A DNA stretch of 58,896 bases from an uncultured Gammaproteobacteria bacterium (GTDB lineage Bacteria; Patescibacteriota; Patescibacteriia; Magasanikbacterales; UBA922), in the NCBI GenBank assembly GCA_964612105.1, contig CAZTEU010000004.1:1-58896 (forward strand). The letters run 5' to 3'. Both the position numbers and the translations under genes were made by a program. Of the stretch, positions 27,557-35,195 are shown in pieces (the stretch's first letter is position 1; each line of letters begins with the position of its first letter). A model generated the notes under the pieces. That model made no database searches. It was not told where the DNA came from and saw only the letters and a list, made by a program, of their open reading frames with translations.

Positions 27557-28273
27557 TTATATAAACCTCTCAACTAGTTGTCCTGCTACATAACCAATTG
27601 CCCCTGCTAAACTTGCTAGAGCTAACATTTCAGAACCTGCCTTAAACCAGTTGCGTTTTGAGAACTTTGTGGTTACTGCTCCTACCATGAACAATGCGAG
27701 CAGAGTAATCGGGATAGACAATATTATTGCTTTGTCTATCGGAAAAAAGAAGTAGGAGGAAAGAGGAACAAGCCCTCCAACAATATATGAAAATAGCATG
27801 GCGACAGCATTCTTTTTGGGAGAGCCAAGATTGTCTGGAAATACCTTTAACTCTCGGTATGCCATTTCTCTTAGCATTAATTTCTTATCTTTTGCAGTAA
27901 CCTCTGACATCTTCTTAGCAATAGCTTTTGGCCATCCGTCTTTTATAAACAACTCCTTCATCTCCTCTGTTTCGTGTTCTAACTCTTCCTTTACTTCTAT
28001 CTTTTCTTCATGAAGCTTTCTCTTGTTTATGGCTATCTCTGATTTTGATGAAATAAACGAACCTACACCCATCGACACAGACTCAACAGAAATAATTACA
28101 ATACCTGTAAGAAGTACTATAAAAGGGTCGCCTGTAGCGGCTGCAATTCCTGTAATTGCACCAAATGTGGACACCATACCATCCTCAACCCCAAAAACAG
28201 ACTCCCGAACTGTAGAAGTCGATACCTTTTGTTGATGATGAATGAAGTCTTTTCTATTATGCTCGTATATCAT
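27557..28273 (-). CDS. VIT1/CCC1 family iron/manganese transporter
   Basis: VFGVEDGMVS, SMGVGSFISSKSE, SYIVGGLVPL. Confidence 0.92.
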   Translation of the reverse strand: MIYEHNRKDFIHHQQKVSTSTVRESVFGVEDGMVSTFGAITGIAAATGDPFIVLLTGIVIISVESVSMGVGSFISSKSEIAINKRKLHEEKIEVKEELEHETEEMKELFIKDGWPKAIAKKMSEVTAKDKKLMLREMAYRELKVFPDNLGSPKKNAVAMLFSYIVGGLVPLSSYFFFPIDKAIILSIPITLLALFMVGAVTTKFSKRNWFKAGSEMLALASLAGAIGYVAGQLVERFI

Positions 28274-28297
28274 ACACACAAGCGCGTCACAGCTCTG

Positions 28298-28414
28298 TTA
28301 GATTAAAAAAACAGCAGTTACAATGCTGAATACTAATACCAGATATCTCTTTTTGTTAAAAAGAGTAAAGAAAACACGAGACTTCGCACTTAGGGGCGGA
28401 ATTGCAGAGATCAT
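28298..28414 (-). CDS. Candidate 38-aa membrane peptide upstream of the VIT transporter
   Basis: MISAIPPLSAKSRVFFTLFNKKRYLVLVFSIVTAVFLI; downstream of a perfect TTGACA-17-TATAAT promoter (28482-28510). Confidence 0.4.
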   Translation of the reverse strand: MISAIPPLSAKSRVFFTLFNKKRYLVLVFSIVTAVFLI

Positions 28415-28666
28415 ACAATTATTATTTGTGTTTGTATTTATTTTTAGTCATCGAGCTATTTTTGGCACGATGAACAAAGGTATTATAACATAAAAAAGTG
28501 CTTTTGTCAAGGGTTTTTTGACTAAAATAGGCTGTTGACAGCAATATAAGCCTGTGATACAGTCAGGTGTGCGTTCTTTTTAGCTGAGGTGGAAAGAAAG
28601 CTTTGCCCGAACAAATATCGGGTCTTGCTATGCTTTTCACCTCCAACAGAGAAGGAGTTTCCTGTC

Positions 28667-29773
28667 ATGAAGCGTTTCATTCTACTCATCTGCCTGGCTT
28701 CCATGCTGGGCTGTGGCGGACCACAGCGTGTCCAGCCGGAAGGTTCGGTCGCCAAGACCTCTCCCGTCGAGAAGAAGGTAGACATGGGCTACGACCATGC
28801 CCTGCACCACAACGAGCCAGATGTTCCCAAGCGAAAGCTCAAGAAGCTGACCAGGGATCAGGAGCGGGTGGTTCACAGGATGTACCTGGAACTCGTCCGT
28901 GTGATCAGCGACTACAACCACGAGATCGCAAACTACCAAGCTCTCCTCGACAAGTCGTTGCCTGCTCTGCACAAACACCTCGCAAACATCATGCGTGCAG
29001 AAAGTGTGGCTCGCAAGAAGTGCCCCAGAAAGACCTTCAAGACCTTGTCAGACCATGACCCTCGGCTCAAGGAGTGTCGTATTCTTTGGGCAAGACGGCT
29101 CAGTGCAATCAGAACGTCGGGGGATCAGACAGTCCAGCTGTACGAGCAACTATCCAAGCAGGAGAAGGAGCGAGTCAAGTGGTTCCGTCAGATTCTCATC
29201 TCGGTTTTCAGGATCAAGATGGTCACTGCGGAACACGACGCCGGCAAGCTCGAGAAGAACATCGTTCGCGACATGGTGAAGAAGATCAAAAGGCTTCAGT
29301 CGAGACTTCCTCTTCCCAAAGACATGGACAAGTACGCCCTCTCTGCCTACAAGGCGGTGGAGGCACTCGGAAAGATGCCGGAACACATGTACCTGAGGCC
29401 AGGAACAAAGGACTGGGAATCCAGGAATCTCGACTTCCACACTTCTTACATCGCCGTACAAGGACTGACAGACTGGGGAAGGGTTGGTTTCTTTTCCTCT
29501 CAAGCTGAGAAGATGAGGAAGGCTCGTCTGCAGGCAGAGTTCGATGTGGCGACCTTCCAATCAGATCGCTTTGATCATTTCGTCAGACAGAGTTCGGGGC
29601 GTGTGATCGAGGACATCAAGAAGCTGAGCGGAGAAATCATCAGAAACTACTCTGGTGCCCCAAGAACACAGCGCAAACTCCCGCCTCAAACGAAGAAGCC
29701 GAACGATATTCTCAAGAAGCTCAAGGAGATGAAGAAGCGCCTGAGACGCTACGAGGAACAAGGTCCCAGGTGA
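28667..29773 (+). CDS. GC-rich, basic, helical lipoprotein of unknown function
   Basis: SD AAGGAG; lipobox MLGC; own promoter TTGACA-17-TACAGT at 28535-28563. Confidence 0.8.
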   Translation: MKRFILLICLASMLGCGGPQRVQPEGSVAKTSPVEKKVDMGYDHALHHNEPDVPKRKLKKLTRDQERVVHRMYLELVRVISDYNHEIANYQALLDKSLPALHKHLANIMRAESVARKKCPRKTFKTLSDHDPRLKECRILWARRLSAIRTSGDQTVQLYEQLSKQEKERVKWFRQILISVFRIKMVTAEHDAGKLEKNIVRDMVKKIKRLQSRLPLPKDMDKYALSAYKAVEALGKMPEHMYLRPGTKDWESRNLDFHTSYIAVQGLTDWGRVGFFSSQAEKMRKARLQAEFDVATFQSDRFDHFVRQSSGRVIEDIKKLSGEIIRNYSGAPRTQRKLPPQTKKPNDILKKLKEMKKRLRRYEEQGPR

Positions 29774-29776
29774 CCA

Positions 29777-29836
29777 AACCCCCGTTGACCAAAAAGCAGA
29801 ACCCCTGCGATTTCGGTCACGGGGGTTCTTGCTTTT
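29777..29836 (+). terminator. Terminator with an alternative overlapping hairpin
   Basis: AAAAGCAGAACCCC...GGGGTTCTTGCTTTT competes with AACCCCCG-TGACC...GGTCA-CGGGGGTT. Confidence 0.7.
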
Positions 29837-29854
29837 ATAATGTATTTTTAGAAG

Positions 29855-30934
29855 CTAAACCTTTTTGAAGAAAAATATTTCTCTTCCAACAAACTGTTTT
29901 TTGCGATGATATAAAAGTGGTTCGTGTGTTTGTTCAAAACCTAGTTTTTCTATTTGTTCGACACAGTCTACCGTAACCCAATCATCCTCATACTTAAACC
30001 TTGGAATAATAAAGACGACCGGTGCGTTTTCTTTTAATACAACATGAAACCTTTCAAAAGAGTCTATATATAATGAGGCAAGTTCTTGTGCCTGACCTTT
30101 CAAAAAACCTAAGCTTTCTTTCCCTCCGAGAGGTCTCCCTAAGTACGGCTCAGACGCAATAGCGTCTACTGTTTCTTTGTCTACTTTTGTAGATATTTTT
30201 CTTGCATCACAATCAAAAACTCTTCCTTCTTTTTCTATCCACTTCAAATTTTTCTTTGTATCGTTGACTGCTTTTTGTGAAATATCAGAACCAATCACAT
30301 CAAAACCAAGCAAAGATGCTTCCATAAGCAGAACTCCAGAACCACAAAAAGGGTCTAACAGCGTTCCGCTGTCCAAGCCTGTAAGATTTACCATCGTCCT
30401 TGCAAGTTTTGGAGGGAGCATACCACTTTTGCTGTCTACTCCAGGTTTTCCATAGTCTCTTTTACTCAATTCTTCTATCGGCTGAATGGCACGTGTAACA
30501 AAAACCTCTTTTCCTGATATTGTAAAGTCTGTTCCTTTCTCTACAAGATTGTTGTGCAAAATAGTGGCTGTGTTTTTTGGCTCCACATATCTTACACTGC
30601 GCCCTCGTGCTTTTAATTCCTTTTTAATAATGAGTCCTAGCTTTTTCTCTCCACCATGTACAGAAAAGTGAATCTTAGCCTCTGGAATATGTTTAGAGAT
30701 ATAGTCTGCAATCAAAACATCTAAACTGTTGCTTTCTCCTATAAGCTCTGCAATATACACAGTCCCACCAAGCCTCTTCATTATTTCTCCTGAATCTAAC
30801 CTCTCTTCTGTCTCTACAAGAAGATCTACATCTCTCATTTTTGATGCAAAGTTAATATTCTGTAATTTTAAAACTGCCTCAATTTCCATGGCAGATATAT
30901 GTGGTTGGTGTCCTAGTTTGAAAAAATATTTCAT
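29855..30934 (-). CDS. Trm11/TrmG10-like SAM-dependent RNA methyltransferase
   Basis: GMLPPKLARTMVNL, LDPFCGSG, EPYLG. Confidence 0.85.
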   Translation of the reverse strand: MKYFFKLGHQPHISAMEIEAVLKLQNINFASKMRDVDLLVETEERLDSGEIMKRLGGTVYIAELIGESNSLDVLIADYISKHIPEAKIHFSVHGGEKKLGLIIKKELKARGRSVRYVEPKNTATILHNNLVEKGTDFTISGKEVFVTRAIQPIEELSKRDYGKPGVDSKSGMLPPKLARTMVNLTGLDSGTLLDPFCGSGVLLMEASLLGFDVIGSDISQKAVNDTKKNLKWIEKEGRVFDCDARKISTKVDKETVDAIASEPYLGRPLGGKESLGFLKGQAQELASLYIDSFERFHVVLKENAPVVFIIPRFKYEDDWVTVDCVEQIEKLGFEQTHEPLLYHRKKQFVGREIFFFKKV

Positions 30935-31080
30935 AGTAGTTGAATAACTTATACTATAATACCACACTTGTCAATTTGACGTTATGGGCTATTCATTTAT
31001 TAGGTGGTTTGGTAGATAAAAACAACAATAACATATAAGTCTGTTTTATTTTACGACATTGCTTTTGTTGTAATCCAAGC

Positions 31081-31386
31081 TTAATTAAAACCCAGATAAT
31101 TTTTTATAAAAGAGAAGGTTCGCGTTAGCAAGCCTGTACCCCCTTGTTCTTCTGGGTTTGTCCTACCCACACTTTTTTTGCAGTTGCAAACGGGCGTAGC
31201 TTTGCTATGACGAACCACATGAACATAGAACATCAGTGCTCCCGCAACAAGCAGTCTTGTGGCCACATCTACCGAAGTTGTCGCATCTTTGGATAGTATG
31301 AAAAAGTGTATGGCTAGATGAGCCAGGAAAAACACCTCAAAGATCCAAAAAAAGAATCTCCAAAACCACATCTTCTCTGCTTTCAT
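31081..31386 (-). CDS. Small two-TM hypothetical protein
   Basis: SD AAGGAGG before MKAEKMW; two hydrophobic segments. Confidence 0.5.
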   Translation of the reverse strand: MKAEKMWFWRFFFWIFEVFFLAHLAIHFFILSKDATTSVDVATRLLVAGALMFYVHVVRHSKATPVCNCKKSVGRTNPEEQGGTGLLTRTFSFIKNYLGFN

Positions 31387-31647
31387 CTCGACCTCCTTGC
31401 TTGCAAACAAACTGAAATAGCTGTTACAGGGTATCACTTGCTTTTGGAAATATCAAATTATCACTTATTGCGACAGAGAGGTGGTGTTGGTATTATCCTT
31501 TAAAACAGCGAACCTTCTAATTGTAATGTCTGCTGCCCCTAACTGCACAGGTCAGAACAAGTGAAAGACTCACGCTTTTCTGACCCCCCATGCAAAAACT
31601 CGCTCAAAATATATCTGTTTGTATACACTAGTGTATACATCTGAAAA

Positions 31648-31742
31648 GTATATACGAACTCTAGGCGCGATAATACTCAAAATCAGGGGTATATACGAAC
31701 TCTAGGCGCGATAACAACGGATTTTGGGGGTATATACGAACT
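31648..31742. repeat. Direct repeats with 41-bp period
   Basis: GTATATACGAACTCTAGGCGCGATAA at 31648 and 31689; 13-bp partial copy at 31730. Confidence 0.9.
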
Positions 31743-31791
31743 ATTTCATTAAAAAAACTCCCAAACGTAGGAAGCTTTTTCTTTTGTCTTG

Positions 31792-31864
31792 TGACCCCAC
31801 CACGACTCGAACGCAGATCTGTTCCTTAGGAGGGAACCGTTCTATCCAGTTGAACTATGAGGTC
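31792..31864 (-). tRNA. tRNA-Arg(CCT)
   Basis: Cloverleaf: GACCTCA/TGGGGTC acceptor, GTTCC-CTCCTAA-GGAAC anticodon arm, TTCGA T-loop; CCA not encoded. Confidence 0.93.
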
Positions 31865-32131
31865 ATATCCACAGGCTAGTTTCCTTTGAAACTATTACTA
31901 TGTTTGTTAGAAAAATACAGTTTTAGTAAATTACTTAGTTATAGGTTATTTTTGGGTCGTACAATTATCTTAGAAAACATGTACATTTTCTATATTTTGT
32001 CAACTCAAACGGGCTAAAACACCCCATTTGTAAACTTTTCGTTTACTTTTTGACCTTTTTAAGCAAAACACTTGCACACTAAACTGCTGGTGCTATAATA
32101 GGGGAACTAATCATAAAAATCAAGTCTATAT

Positions 32132-33250
32132 ATGCAAACTGTACTCATAACCTCTCTATCCTCTCTGCTTATCGTCTCTCTTATTTTTATATATATTATA
32201 AACAAGCGCTTAACAGAGCTAAAAAAACCACAGGAAGGTGATCATAGCCTGTTCCTTATGCTTCAGCAACAAATACAAGAACTAAACAAGACTGTGGACA
32301 CAAAAATGGCTGAGAGTAGTAAAACAATGCAACAAACTCAGTTAGATATAAATAAAACACTGCAGGAGCAGTTTGGACAGAGTACAAAAATTATACAGGG
32401 GATTACAGGTCAGAGTGCTAAGATGATTGCTGACATAACAGAGAAGCTTACAAGCTTAGATAAGACAAATCAGCAGGTTATTGGCTTTTCTGAACAACTA
32501 CACAACCTAGAGAAGGTATTAAAACACCAAAAACAGCGTGGAAACCTAGGAGAAGCTGGATTACAGCTTGTTTTAGAGAATATTTTACCTCCGACAGCTT
32601 TTAATTTACAATATTCTTTCGAGAATGGCTCAATGGTGGATGCTGTTGTTATAACAAAAGACGGATTAATTCCTGTTGATGCAAAGTTTTCTCTGGATAA
32701 TTATGAAAGACTTGTGCACGAAGACGATCCAGAACGCAAAAAAGTATTGGAGCGCGAGTTTAAGAACGACCTAAAGAAACGAATAGACGAAACAGCAAAA
32801 TATATCCTGCCTAAGTACGGAACACTAGAGTTTGCTTTCATGTTCATACCAAGCGAAGCAATATACTATGATCTTCTTGTAAATGAAGTTGGTGCTGTAA
32901 AAGTAAACACAAGAAGTTTGGTGGATTATGCTTACAATGAAAAAAAAGTTATAATAGTTTCACCAACAACCTTCGCTGCATACTTACAAACTGTACTACA
33001 AGGGTTGCGAGCATTAAAAATAGAGGAAAGCGCCAAAGATATTCGTAAAAACGTAAGTGCACTACAGAAGCATATCCTTGCATACGAAGATTACATGAAA
33101 AAACTTGGGAACAGCATGGGAACAACTGTTAATCATTACAATACTGCATACAAAGAGCTGGGGAAGATAGAAAAAGATGTGATAAAAATAACGGGAGGGG
33201 ATAAAAGTTTGGAGCCAATAAAACTAGATAAACCGAAAATGGAGGAATAG
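32132..33250 (+). CDS. rmuC: DNA recombination protein RmuC
   Basis: RGNLGE..L..VLE, IPVDAKF, FMFIPSEAIY, VSPTT. Confidence 0.95.
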   Translation: MQTVLITSLSSLLIVSLIFIYIINKRLTELKKPQEGDHSLFLMLQQQIQELNKTVDTKMAESSKTMQQTQLDINKTLQEQFGQSTKIIQGITGQSAKMIADITEKLTSLDKTNQQVIGFSEQLHNLEKVLKHQKQRGNLGEAGLQLVLENILPPTAFNLQYSFENGSMVDAVVITKDGLIPVDAKFSLDNYERLVHEDDPERKKVLEREFKNDLKKRIDETAKYILPKYGTLEFAFMFIPSEAIYYDLLVNEVGAVKVNTRSLVDYAYNEKKVIIVSPTTFAAYLQTVLQGLRALKIEESAKDIRKNVSALQKHILAYEDYMKKLGNSMGTTVNHYNTAYKELGKIEKDVIKITGGDKSLEPIKLDKPKMEE

Positions 33251-33347
33251 GCTAGTGAAAACAAGAAACATTGCAAGTAAATGTCGCGGTGTTCATACTT
33301 GCAAAAAAACCTTTTTTGCAATATAATACAGACCTAATAAACAAGTC

Positions 33348-33743
33348 ATGAATATGGGGAAAAAACACTCAAAACAAGATTTGGGGGAAATAAAAAAAGA
33401 GCTCTTGGAAGAAAAAACACGCATTGAAAGCGAGCTTGGGGTTGTTGCTGATAAAAATACAGACGTTGCGGACGGCATGGAGTACGATGCAAAGTTTGAG
33501 GATGTGGGAGATGAAGTAGACGATAGTGTGCACGAAGTAGAGCAGTTCCAAGTAAACAAGTCTTTGGAAATTACACTGGAGAAGAGGTTGCGAGATATTA
33601 AAAAATCACTTGAGCGTATAGATAAAGGCGACTATGGTATTTGTAAGTACTGTGATGAACCTATAAACGTGGAAAGACTAAAAGTGCGACCAACTTCTGG
33701 CTCTTGTGTTAGCTGTAAAAAAACACTCAAGGACGAGATATAA
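33348..33743 (+). CDS. TraR/DksA C4-type zinc finger protein
   Basis: L.RI..G.YGICKYC...I..ERL...P....CVSC. Confidence 0.92.
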   Translation: MNMGKKHSKQDLGEIKKELLEEKTRIESELGVVADKNTDVADGMEYDAKFEDVGDEVDDSVHEVEQFQVNKSLEITLEKRLRDIKKSLERIDKGDYGICKYCDEPINVERLKVRPTSGSCVSCKKTLKDEI

Positions 33744-33749
33744 CAAAAT

Positions 33750-34190
33750 ATGAGAAGAATCCCTCCAACAAATACTATTGCAATATTGGGGGGGATTTTT
33801 TTATTACTCGACCAAGGACTAAAGTATCTTGCAAACACCTACCCTTCTTTTAGTCTATACATCTGGAAACCCTGGTTTGGCTGGGAGTTTTTTCCAAACC
33901 CAGGAATCGCTTTCTCTCTCCCTTTTCCACAGTTCATTTTGATTATTGGAACTCCTATTGTTCTGTTTTGGCTGTATTACATAATAATTAAGGAAGAAAA
34001 AAAGAATAGGCTTGCTATGCCTGGACTTATTTTTATTGTATATGGTGCGCTTTCTAATTTTATAGACAGACTAATGTTTGGATACACGATTGATTACTTG
34101 CGTATCTTTACAGGAATTATAAATCTTGCAGACATAATGATTATCATTGGTGTTGTTGCTCTGCTTCTGGGAGAAAAACACCGCAAGTAG
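33750..34190 (+). CDS. lspA: Lipoprotein signal peptidase II
   Basis: DQ..K, NPGIAFS, GALSNFIDR, IDY, NLAD. Confidence 0.92.
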   Translation: MRRIPPTNTIAILGGIFLLLDQGLKYLANTYPSFSLYIWKPWFGWEFFPNPGIAFSLPFPQFILIIGTPIVLFWLYYIIIKEEKKNRLAMPGLIFIVYGALSNFIDRLMFGYTIDYLRIFTGIINLADIMIIIGVVALLLGEKHRK

Positions 34191-34970
34191 CTAGCTTAGC
34201 GTGTTCCACATGTGATTAAACCAGTTTTTAAACGTGCTGACCACAGCACTGTTTTCTATTACAACACCAGAAGGGTGCTCTCCCAAGTCCACATATGCTA
34301 TTTTGTTTAACCAACACAGCGTGTCTGTAGGAAACTCCTCCAGCTCTTTTGGCCAAGACTTGTATTTATGATTTTTGTTACGGTGAGTCATTGTTTCCAC
34401 ATACAAGTCGTGCATAAACGATGGAAACAAAATTCCTCTTTTAGAAATATCTAAGTCATCATCCATTATCTGCGTTTTTTCAAACCAACCTGGAATTGTT
34501 TTTTGTAGCTTGTCTGGAGAAAAAACAGTAAGCAGCTCTTTCCCTGTTGGATTTTTTGCAAGATCATTTCTAGACTCATAATATATTCTATAAACTCCGT
34601 CTATGCCGTCAAAAAAACGAACGTTTGTTTTATGTTTCTTTTTTCCTGCACTTAGTTTATGAAACTCGCTGGCCGTTTCTACAAAAGCTTCCTTTAGTTC
34701 TCCTAGTTCAGAGTGCTTGTGGGATATTACAGAAAGAAGTCCGTCATGGTCCACAGCATGAAAATGTTTTACTCCGTCCTTCTGCGTCTTTATTATCAGA
34801 CCCAAGTCCACGAGAGGCTCCACAAGGTCATATACGTGTGTTCTTGTAATGCCTGACCTGTCTGATATTCCCTTAGCTGTAGACTTTCCTTGTTTTACGA
34901 TACACAGAAAAACGTCTGCTTGTTTCTGACTTAACCCAAAATCTAACAGGAGTTGCTTAATCTTAGCCAT
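34191..34970 (-). CDS. TrmB-family transcriptional regulator
   Basis: GLS...A.V....HTH (ITRTHVYDLVEPL...GL), VRFFDG..GV, IEN......F...W. Confidence 0.85.
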   Translation of the reverse strand: MAKIKQLLLDFGLSQKQADVFLCIVKQGKSTAKGISDRSGITRTHVYDLVEPLVDLGLIIKTQKDGVKHFHAVDHDGLLSVISHKHSELGELKEAFVETASEFHKLSAGKKKHKTNVRFFDGIDGVYRIYYESRNDLAKNPTGKELLTVFSPDKLQKTIPGWFEKTQIMDDDLDISKRGILFPSFMHDLYVETMTHRNKNHKYKSWPKELEEFPTDTLCWLNKIAYVDLGEHPSGVVIENSAVVSTFKNWFNHMWNTLS

Positions 34971-35058
34971 ATATAGTGTATTTGTAAGTTTTTTTCGACG
35001 CCAATAACTTAACACACAGTTTCTCCACTGTAAAGGTCAAAAAATCTGTAAATATTTG

Positions 35059-35180
35059 TTGACATGAAAGCGCCCGGATGATAAGGTCGGTTCATAAAAC
35101 AACAAAAAAGTGACCTCTGGGAAGGGCACATGATGATTATCGTGTGCGGTCACAATAAAATCCCGAGTTATCGGGATTTT
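35059..35180 (+). ncRNA. Candidate small RNA unit (promoter, about 90-nt hairpin RNA, terminator)
   Basis: TTGACA-17-TAAGGT; GTGACC...GCACATGAT/ATCGTGTGC-GGTCAC stem; ATCCCGA/TCGGGAT-TTT terminator; no ORF. Confidence 0.5.
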
Positions 35181-35195
35181 ATAATGCAACTACGA

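Noticed and set aside
28522-29761. Multiple overlapping alternative-frame ORFs here and at 51500-52021 and 57326-58298
   Set aside because: Expected stop-codon scarcity in GC-rich DNA; they lack the SD and promoter support seen for the main frames.
31648-31742. Mini CRISPR array
   Set aside because: Only 2.5 repeats, 15-nt spacers that resemble each other, and no cas genes in the window.
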